A stretch of 64,000 bases of DNA from Macrostomum lignano. Taxonomy: Eukaryota. The translations under genes and the position numbers were made by a program. Under the pieces are notes generated by a model. It did no database searches and had not been told where the DNA came from. It worked only from the letters and a program-made list of their open reading frames with translations. The DNA lies in contig NIVC01003700.1 in assembly GCA_002269645.1 (NCBI GenBank), positions 18,046 through 82,045 of the forward strand, given 5' to 3'. Below are positions 54,115 to 64,000 of the stretch, in pieces (within the stretch, counting starts at the first letter, position 1; each line of letters begins with the position of its first letter).

Positions 54115-54560
54115 GGAGATGGTGAGATAAGAGGGAGAGATGGTGAGATAAGAGGGAGAGATGGTGAGATAAGAGGGAGAGGGTGAGACCAGAGGGAGAG
54201 GGCGAGATAAGAGGGAGAGGGTGAGATAAGAGGGAGAGGGTGAGATAAGAGGGAGAGGGTGAGACCAGATGGAGAGGGTGAGATAAGAGGGAGAGGGTGA
54301 GATAAGAGGGAGAGGGTGAGACCAGATGGAGAGGGTGAGATAAGAGGGAGAGGGTGAGATAAGAGGGAGAGGGTGAGATAAGAGGGAGAGGCTGAGATCA
54401 GATGGAGAGGGTGAGATAAGAGGGAGAGGGTGAGATAAGAGGGAGAGGGTGAGATAAGAGGGAGAGGGTGAGATAAGAGGGAGAGGGTGAGATAAGAGGG
54501 AGAGGGTGAGACCAGATGGAGAGGGTGAGACCAGATGGAGAGGGTGAGACCAGACGGAGA
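54115..54560. repeat. 20-bp GA-rich minisatellite (GAGAGGGTGAGATAAGAGGG)
   Basis: About 22 units between the kinase region and the DUSP 3' end. Confidence 0.95.
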
Positions 54561-54687
54561 GAGTGGAGAGGAAGAGCTGACGGCAGTCACTTAGAGCTCA
54601 ATCAAAAGCTCGACAAATAAACAACTCAAAAAAATTCTCTCCACAATCCCTCAGCTACGAGAGCTTCAGGCCCTCAGCCAGCAGGCA

Positions 54688-57426
54688 TTAGTACCGGGAC
54701 AGCAGAGAGGTTCTGCCGCCGTAGCCATTTCTCGTCCCAGCAGTGGCAGTTGTTGAAGCAGACGGCATCCACAGGCCGCTGGACTGCAATTCATCTTTGT
54801 AAACATCCGGCACCAGGCCAACAGGGCTGGTGACCATTCGGACGGACCGAATGCCGAACAGGCGCTCCTCGTAGTCGCACAGCTGCCGCCAAAAACCAAC
54901 ATTGGGTCGAATATAGGGACGGCGCTGCTTGCACAGGTCGTGCGCTTGGCGCAGATTCAAATTGCGATATTTCATTAGATAGGCAAGCACCAGGGTAGCC
55001 GACCGGGACACACCGGCCATGCAGTGCACCAGAACATTGTTCCCGCGACGGATCTCACCGTTGATACGGTCGGCCACGATGTCAAAGTAGTTACTTATTC
55101 TGGCATAAGGTGTGTCGTCCACGGGTACCTGGGGTGCATTGCAGAATTGGTGGCTTCGAATGCGTTGTAGAGTTTTTAGTGTACAGTCAATGGTACATTA
55201 GCTGCCATCAATGTACATCTAATGTACAGTCAAGGGAGTCAAGGGTCTTTAATGTACATCTAAGGATGGATTTCTTCAATGTACATCTGAGGGTGGATGT
55301 CTTCAAAGTACATCTGAGTGTGGATGTCTTCAATGTACATCTAAGGGTGGATGTCTTCAATGTACATCTGAGTGTGGATGCCTTCAATGTACATCTGAGT
55401 GTGGATGTCTTCAAAGTACATCTAAGGGTGGATGTCTTGAAAGTACATCTAAGGGTGGATGTCTTCAATGTACATCTAGGTGTGGATGCCTTCAATGTAC
55501 ATCTGAGTGTGGATGTCTTTAATGTACATCTGAGTGTGGATGTCTTCAAAGTACATCTAAGGGTGGGTGTCTTCAAAGTACATCTAAGGGTGGATGTCTT
55601 CAAAGTACATCTAAGGGTGGATGTCTTCAATGTACATCTGAGGGTGGATGTCTTCAATGTACATCTGAGTGTGGATGTCTTTAATGTACATCTGAGTGTG
55701 GATGTCTTTAAAGTACATCTAAGGGTGGATGTCTTCAAAGTACACCTAAGGGTGGATGTCTTCAATGTACATCTGAGGGTGGATGTCTTCAATGTACATC
55801 TGAGTGTGGATGTCTTCAAAGTACATCTAAGGATGGATGTCTTCAATGTACATCTAAGGGTGGATGTCTTCAAAGTACATCTATGGGTGGATGTCTTCAA
55901 TGTACATCTGAGGGTGGATGTCTTCAAAGTACATCTAAGGGTGGATGTCTTCAATGTACATCTGAGTGTGGATGTCTTTAATGTACATCTAAGGGTGGAT
56001 GTCTTCAATGTACATCTAGGTGTGGATGTCTTCTATGTACATCTAAGGGTGGATGTCTTCAATGTACATCTAAGTGTGGATGCCTTCAATGTACATCTGA
56101 GTGTGGATGTCTTTAATGTACATTTGAGTGTGGATGTCTTCAAAGTACATCTAAGGGTGAATGTCTTCAATGTACATCTGAGGGTGGATGCCTTCAATTT
56201 ACATCTGAGTGTGGATGTCTTTAATGTACATCTGAGTGTGGATGTCTTCAAAGTACATCTATGGGTGGATGTCTTCAATGTACATCTAGGTGTGGATGTC
56301 TTCTATGTACATCTAAGGGTGGATGTCTTCAATGTACATCTAAGTGTGGATGCCTTCAATGTACATCTGAGTGTGGATGTCTTTAATGTACATCTGAGTG
56401 TGGATGTCTTCAATGTACATCTAAGGGTGAATGTCTTCAATGTACATCTGAGGGTGATTGCCTTCGATGTACATCTGAGTGTGGATGTCTTTAATGTACA
56501 TCTGAGTGTGGATGTCTTCAAAGTACATCTAAGGGTGGATGTCTTCAAAGTACATCTAAGGGTGGATGTCTTCAATGTACATCTGAGGGTGGATGTCTTC
56601 AATGTACATCTAAGGGTGGATGTCTTCAAAGTACATCTAAGGGTGGATGTCTTCAATGTACATCTGAGGGTGGATGTCTTTAATGTACATCTGAGTGTGG
56701 ATGTCTTCAAAGTACATCTAAGGATGGATGTCTTCAATGTACATCTAAGGGTGGATGTATTCTATGTACATCTAGGTGTGGTGTCTTCAATGAACATTTA
56801 AGGGGTGTTTTCAATGTACGTAGAGGTGATGGGTGTCTTTGTGCACATTTAAGGTTGGATAGCTTCAATGTAAACAGTAAATCCAAGGGGGTGTCTTCAA
56901 TTAGTGACCCAATAGTTACTAATTGTTTTTAATTATTGAAAAAAATATACTCAAATAGATCAATAAAACATAAATAAATAAAAAATAAGCACACCTGTAG
57001 AGTGTCAACTCCAGCCAGTCTCACTGGTGGCACATCAATGGTAGCATTAACCACCAGCTTAATCCCCAGCGCTCTCAGGCGGGCATCCCTAACCGGATGG
57101 GCGCTGCACAGGTACAGATGATCCGTGATCTGAGCTACCTGAGTGAAGATACCAGCAGAAGCTGACGCGTCCAATGCTGCAGTTACTGATGAAGAGCTTG
57201 CGGACGAATTAGATAACAGATCGTTATAGCCAATATTGCGACTGCCTAGAGTGCCGAAACGACTGCTGCCGCTGCTACTACTGCTAGTACCATTGTTAGT
57301 AGGAAATCTGCCATACTGAGAATTAGTAGTTGAATATCGATACTGACTACTTGATGTTGGCGTAGGCATTGCAGAAGAATTTCCTGCCCGAGGTGCGTAA
57401 GGAAACCTAGTCAGGTAGCTGCTCAT
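54688..57426 (-). CDS. Atypical dual-specificity phosphatase, DUSP14/18/21-like
   Basis: Exon 57426-56995 (Ser-rich N-terminus, then VAQITDHLYL, GIKLVVNAT), phase-0 intron, exon 55128-54688 (VPVDDTP, VLVHCMAGVSRSATLVLAYLMKY, RPYIRPNVGFWRQL). Intact HCxAGxSR active site. Confidence 0.93.
55245..56800. repeat. 27-bp minisatellite (AATGTACATCTAAGGGTGGATGTCTTC)
   Basis: About 57 units filling the DUSP intron; source of the spurious NVHLRVDVF ORF. Confidence 0.97.
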
Positions 57427-58164
57427 GATTGCTGGTAAACTTTTCTAATTAATTTAAGGTTAAAACCAACGGCCTTTAAGCACACATAAGCATGAAATAG
57501 GAATTTGAAATAATTAGAAATTCTTTAATAAATACAGACAAATAATATCGAATAAGCATTTTTATGCCAATACAGTCAAGTCTAATAAGAATTCTGTAAT
57601 GAAATTAAAAAGTGATGTTCTGTTCTTTTAGTTTTAATTGTCATAAAGATATTTCAAATTAATTCCAATATGCCATGTTGGCTTCTCACTTGAATATCAT
57701 GTTCCTTAAAAAAGTTCATCTGTGAAACAAGTCTTACCCAATAGTGCTAAACCATCTCCTATTAATTATTGCCTACCAAAATATAAATCACAAAAACTAT
57801 TATTTAAAATAGTATACAGTTCAGTTTTATTGTCAGGCATATTCACTCTATACCTTTAGGGTTGGCCCTCAACCCTTATAGGTGTGAATTGCATGATAGC
57901 CTAGACTGAGCAGCATTTTTATGTAACACAGTGGTCTCCTGGACATATCATTTTAATATAACTTAAACTTGTAAAAAAATTGTCTAAAAACTTTGAATTG
58001 TGAAATCTAACAATGAATTCTAGATAACACTAGCAATCTTCGCCCCCCCGATGGGGGACATCTGGATAGAATCCTTGTTCTTTACAAATAACAAATAGAC
58101 AGCGAAATAAAGCCTTCATAAAACAACAGACATCCATATACTAAAAATGAAAATCTTGCTTGCT

Positions 58165-58580
58165 TGTAGACAGCAAGCATCCTCAGACAGCATTCAAGCA
58201 TCGATCCCCAAATAGCAAGCATCCCCCAGACTGCAAGCATCCCCCAGATAGCAAGCATCCCCCCGATAGCAAGAAACCCCAGATAGCAAGCATCCCCAAG
58301 ATAGCAAGCGTCCCCCAGATAGCAAGCATCCCCCAGATAGCAAGCATCCCCAGATCGCAAGCATCCCCAGACCGCAAGCAATCCCTGATAGCAAGCATAA
58401 CCTGGATACAAAGAGACCTTATAGATATCTAGCAACCCCCTCTCAGATAGCAAGTACCCTCCACCCCTCAAGAGCGAGCATCTCCCAATAGCAAGTTACC
58501 CCAGTAGCAAGCATCCTTCCGATAGCAAGCATCCCCCTGATGGCAAGTATACATCCTTAAATAGCAAGCATCCACCAGAG
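58165..58580. repeat. 18-bp minisatellite, inverted relative to 21740-22500 (CAGATAGCAAGCATCCCC)
   Basis: Reverse complement of the TGCTTGCTRTCTGGGGGA unit; more degenerate than the first array. Confidence 0.9.
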
Positions 58581-58629
58581 AAAAAGTAGCTAGTGCAACA
58601 ATTTCCTTAGCTTTATAGTGGCTCCATTT

Positions 58630-60360
58630 GTTTGGCATGACACCTCTTTTATATTTAAAATGGTCTCTCTTTTATGTTTAAAATGGTGGCTCTTTAATGT
58701 TTGACATGGTGGCTCTTCTATGTTTGACATGGTAGCTCTTTAATGTTGACATGGTGGCTCTTTGTGTTTGAAATGGTGTCTCTTCTATGTTTGACATGGT
58801 GGCTCTTTTGTGTTTGACATGATATCTCTTTAATGTTTGACATGATAGCTCTTTAATGTTTGACATGATAGCTCTTTAATGCTTGACATGGTGGCTCTTC
58901 TATGTTTGACATGGTAGCTCTTTAATCTTTGACATGGTGGCTCTTCTATGTTCGCCATGGCGGCCCTTTTATGTTTGAAATGTTGTCTCTATTATGTTTG
59001 ACATGGTGGCTTAATTCTGTGACATGGTGGCTCTTTAATGTTTGACATGGTGGCTCTTTTTGTTTGACATGGAGTCATGTATATGTTCGATATGGAGTCA
59101 CGTATATGTTTGACATGGTGGTTTTTTTATGTTTGACATGGTGGCTCTTTTATGTTTGACATGGTGGCTCTTTAATGTTTGACATGGTGGTTCTTTTTTG
59201 TTTGACATGGTGTCTCTTTAATGTTTGACATGGAGTCCCGTATATGTTTGATATGATGGCTCTTTTATGTTTGACATGGTGTCTCTTTAATGTTTGACAT
59301 GGTGGCTCTTTAATGTTCGACAGGGTGGCTTTTTAATATTTGAAATGGTGGCTCTTTTATGTTTAACATGGAGTCACGTATATGTTTGACATGGAGTCAT
59401 GTATTTGTTTGACATAGCAGCTCTTTTGTGTTTGACATGGTGGCTCTTTAATGTTTGACATGGTGGCTCTTTAATATTTGACATGGAGTCACGTATATGT
59501 TTGACAGGGCGGCTCTTTTATGATTGACATGGTGGCTCTTTAATGTTCGACAAAGTGGCTCTTTTATGTTTGACATGGTGGCTTTCTGACATTCGACATG
59601 GTGGCTCTTTAATGTTCGACAAAGTGGCTTTTTTATGTTTGACATGGTGGCTTACTGACGTTCGACATGGTGGCTCTTTTATGTTTGACATGGTGGCTCT
59701 TTGACATTCGACATGGTGGCTCTTTTATGTTTGGCATGGTGGCTCCTTTATGTTCGACATGGTGGCTCTTTTATGTTTGGCATGATGGCTCTTTTAAGTT
59801 TGACATGGTAGCTCTTTTATGTTTGATGTGGTGGCTCTTTTATGTTTGACATGGTGGCTCTTTGACATTCGACATGGTGGCTCTTTTATGTTTGGCATGA
59901 TGGCTCTTTTAAGTTTGACATGGTAGCTCTTTTATGTTTGATGTGGTGGCTCATCTATGTTCGACATGGTGGCTCTTTTATGTTTTACATGATGGCCCTT
60001 TAATGTTTGACATGGTGGCTCTTTTATGTCTGACATGGTGGCTCTTTAATGTTCGACATGGAGTCACGTATATGTTTGACATGATGGCTCTTTTATGTTC
60101 GACATGGTGGCTCTTTAATGTTTGGCAGGGTGGCTCTTTTGTTTGACATGGTAGCTCTTTTATGATTTATTTGGTGGCTCTTTTATGTTTGACATGGTGG
60201 CTCTTTTATATTTGACATGGTGGCTCTTTCATGTCTGACATGGTGGCTCTTTTATATTTGACATGGTGGCTCTATAATGTTTGACATAGTGCCAGTTTTA
60301 TGTTTGACATGGTGCCAATTTTATTTTTGAAATAGTGCCACTTTTATGTTTGACATTGCG
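58630..60360. repeat. 23-bp minisatellite (TTTGACATGGTGGCTCTTTTATG)
   Basis: About 75 degenerate units inside Helitron-like element B. Confidence 0.95.
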
Positions 60361-60404
60361 CTTCTTTTATTTTTAGCTTTTCGTGTTTTTAAGGTGTTTT
60401 AAAA

Positions 60405-60480
60405 AAAATTTTGGCACTACTAAGATTCGAACCCAGGTTGCTACATTAGCAGTCCAGTCTGTTCGCATCTATGCTATCTC
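60405..60480 (-). pseudogene. Degenerate tRNA-like sequence (Ser-GCT-like loop) or SINE head
   Basis: Minus strand ...GGACTGCTAAT...GGGTTCGAATC...: anticodon-loop-like CTGCTAA and a B-box are present, but no pairing acceptor stem. Confidence 0.35.
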
Positions 60481-63400
60481 TTGTCAATTGGAGAACATGA
60501 ATTGTGGCCCTTATAATTCAGTACTTACAGCAAGTCGGTTAGAGTAAAATGTTATGACATAATCAATTTCTCAGTCAGCCAGTATCAGTGTCAATTTAAG
60601 TTAGCAATATTGTTACGCAATTTCAATCAAGTTGTGTGTGCATTTCTTCGGCACTGTTTTCAATTTGTTGTGATGCAATCTTTATCAGAATTGAAATTCA
60701 GTCAGTCAATGTTTTCTCTAGCATTCTTACAATGCATTTCAAGTCGAAAATTTTGCTTGACCTTTGCAAAAAAGCATGTTTTTCGAATATTTAATCCCTT
60801 TAATATTGAGCAATTTCTTAGCCAAGATGCATGTACCGTCCCAGGAAAATTTCTGATCGAATGGTGCAAGTTTGAAGAAAATCGGTTGAGCCGTTTTTTC
60901 TAAAATCTATCGCATAGCTAGATAGATACAGACAACTCATTTTTAGTATATAGGAAGTTATGCATTTTGGGAGCTGCATATTTATACTGGTAATAGAATA
61001 CACTTGAAATTGTTTGGTTACACTGGCAATGTTTCTTTTACATTACAAAATTACCACTCTGTAACCACGATTGTGTTACCAATAATGAATTCTTTAACAG
61101 TCAGTATTTGCTTCCAAAAAACAGCTTTGTGGCTTTACGAAGTAAAATTATACTAAATATATATTTACACCAATTTAAGTGATAGAGGACTAACAAGTGG
61201 CCAATATATTCATAGTAAAATATAATAGATATATAGATGTGTATTTAAAGTTTGGTTTCTTTTCCTTTCTTTTATTAATAATTATGTATGGTGATTTATT
61301 TGAATAACTATTTACAGCTCATATAAAGGCAATTTATATTATAAAAAAGGATAATAAACATTGTGTTATAACTTTTTAAAAAGTTCTCTTTTTCAAAAGT
61401 GACAAGCTGCTTGCCTCAAATGTTACTGTCTATCTCTGTTTACTCTGATATTGGTGTTTTTTATACAATTTTAGTGTTTAGAACCTTTGATTTAGTGGTT
61501 GATCTTTAATAATAATCTTTGACAGACAAATGTATTTTTAATTCACAAAATTCACCAACTCCAAAACTTTTGTCTAATTATTTGAAAACTTGAAACCTTT
61601 GAGAAGACCAAGAGTAAATTTTTTGCTTAGATTTTTTTGCAAGTTTAAATAGCTTCTGCTTTTAATTAAAGAAACCTAGGTTGGGTTTGAGTCAATATTA
61701 ACTTTAACATGCCTTAAGTCTTGACTTTTTTCAATGCCATTGAAAATCTTATAACATATAATATCTCATTGTCTTGTGTTGTATTATCATTAAAATTGTC
61801 ATTAGTAATTGTTCTTGTCCTTTCCAGTTTAATTTTCTATAATTTATAAGTTATAAGTCTCTAAAAGCTATTAGGAATGTAGCTTTAATTCCCATAATAA
61901 TTTTGTTTTTATACATATAAATATGATATACCTAATAATATTTTCATGATCTTAGATCTACTTCAATAATATAAGCAAGGTAGCCTTAGTTTTTTAAATT
62001 AGCTAATAAATTTCTACAAAAGTTAACTAAAAGGATAATGACAACACAAAATAACTAATTCTATTCTTCAATATTTTTTAAAGTAGGCCAATAAGTCTAG
62101 GCCTGCCTAGCCTTGCTTAATTTATTAGGCCTAGGCCTATATAGTTAGAAAATAAATTTAGATTATAGAGATATGTTAATTGTCATTTGATATACCTATG
62201 ATTCAAAAAACAAGCAGAAAAGCAAAAACTATATTGTATAATTAGGTTTGGTTTATTCAAACAAATTAGCTGTTTTATTTTTTTTGTTTAAAATCTAAGA
62301 AATTATAATAAAATTAATAACTAGCACTATTTCTTTAAATTGTCTACTAGTAAACTTAGGACATTAGGTTTATAAACTGAATAACCATATAAACTGATGT
62401 TGTAAAGCTTTATATTCTTTTATATTTAAATTTTTATATTAACATTAAAAAAGAATGATTTCTTTGCTTTTTGTTGCAGATAGTTGATCAAAAAGACTGA
62501 CATCTTCACCATACAGAAACTATACAACTGATGATATTCCTATGTAGTTTAATTTGGATAGCAATTACAATAGGCTTCGTTTCCTGATATACTGATAAAA
62601 GTTTTAGTAAGTTCATTCTTTATTCATTTTTAATTTTAAACAAAAGAACAATAGACCAATATTAATACACTGAAAATGATAGGATAATAATATTGCCTAG
62701 GCTTATTGTCCTGACTAGGGTCCTGACTAGGAGACTAGACTCAATAGGCCTAGGCTATGGTAACATCAATATGTACAGGTTTTACGGGGTTAGGTCATTG
62801 AAAGAAACTATCTTTTCAATTCCATTCCAAGTGAAATCCATCTTAGAGTTACTCTGATATTACGACCAAAACGAAATAGGCGAACTCGTTTTAGGTTCTA
62901 GAGCCTACAGAACCGGTTTTTTGGTGTGAGTGTAATTTGATGTTAAATGTGATCACTGATCATGACTCATGGCGATCTGGCCTGTCAGTTAGTTTCTCTA
63001 TTAGAAAAAACAATTTCTTTCTTGGAAATAGCCATGTAATGCTTAACTCTTAAGATTGTTTATGTAAGTTACAGATAAACAAACAAAATGCTAATGAATT
63101 TGGTGCTAGTACTAAGAGATGACTAAAAAGTTGAAATTACTAGAATGTGCTCTTTATTGAACAAATTTTATTAATTTTCGGGCCGCTGCTAAACAGAGAT
63201 GCAGGTCTTGCGTGAGTTAAAAAATAAATTTATTAGGTGTATGGTCTATACCATTGGCCCCAAGGGTGCAAGTGCTTATCAGTTATAATTGTAAGCGTGC
63301 ATAGATTTTCCTTGGCATTTACTTCTTCTATGGAAATGGAATGAATAACTGGGGAAAAATATATGACTAAAGACCAGCTGCTAAAGACCAGCCTCGTAAA

Positions 63401-64000
63401 AAATCCTATAGTTTCCCGTCCCGTTTGAGTAGTCCCTGTATATGCATCAATTTAACCGCAACTGCGTACCCTGCAGCGCGGCTGCGCTGCTTCTTTGGCG
63501 AGCCAGCTAGCACTCCAGTCAAGGGAGACTATATCAACTTGTCGGATTTAAATCACGAACGCATTTAAGGGGCTTGACTGATGAGGACGCACTTTTTCCC
63601 AAATCCCGCGCCAGCACATGGGCTCTGAACTTACTAGCCTACTAACAGTGGGCAATGGGCATTTTTATTCTTTTTCTGCAAATTGTCATAGAATCTATAC
63701 TAGATATAATGTCTGGCCATACTAGTAGTCATAATAACATAGGCATTGCTTTTTGGGTCATAAATCATCGCTTTCGAAGCTGGTCTGACAGCCACCTACG
63801 CCTCACTCATCAGTGTTGAGACGGGCGCCAGATGGTCTGAGAGGATGCGGGCGGTAGCTTTTTCTTATCATTTTGACAGGCCATCAAGATTTATGAGGTC
63901 AGAGCCTATTGTTCGGATTCACTCAGCGTGTGACAGCTTTGAACAGCTATGCGTTTTACCCCTAAAGTACTTGGATTAGCGATTAGCGATTTATCTTCAT

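Larger units (their letters stand above)
58030..60955 (-). mobile_element. Non-autonomous Helitron-like element B carrying 18-bp and 23-bp minisatellites
   Basis: On the minus strand: 5' TCCTATATACTAAAAATG, then AAAAACGGCTCAACCGATTTTCTTCAAACTTGCACCATTCGAT. 3' end has hairpin CCCCCATCGGGGG, an 11-nt spacer, then CTAG|T, which is the canonical Helitron 3' signature. Confidence 0.62.

Overview
Eukaryotic (animal) genomic DNA with GT-AG introns. By my tally about 21 kb (roughly one third) is tandem repeat, and most long ORFs in the supplied track are translations of those repeats. Gene content, GC-rich exons and minisatellite-filled introns suggest a free-living flatworm such as Macrostomum (inference, not proven). 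Genes reconstructed by hand with phase-consistent splice sites: (1) the 5' six exons of unc-13/Munc13 (C2A domain, minus strand, runs off the left edge), with an in-frame TAG in exon 2; (2) an intronless class A peptide-type GPCR; (3) a 15-exon SLC5 sodium:solute symporter with a 1-bp frameshift in exon 2 and a 19-aa repeat tail; (4) three tandem secreted PAN-like + fibrinogen-domain genes with a mosaic, conversion-like identity pattern; (5) a MAP3K/STE11-like kinase fused to a long coiled coil; (6) an atypical DUSP14/18/21-like phosphatase. Mobile DNA: a TA-flanked Tc1 deletion derivative, two Helitron-like non-autonomous elements carrying the same 18-bp minisatellite, a CORE/Meta-type tRNA-SINE, and four copies of a second tRNA-derived SINE. 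No prokaryotic features or CRISPR arrays. The most promising leads are the mosaic PAN-FReD triad, Helitron-borne minisatellites, possible SINE exonisation in the kinase gene and an intronic array of eight perfect CRE sites.
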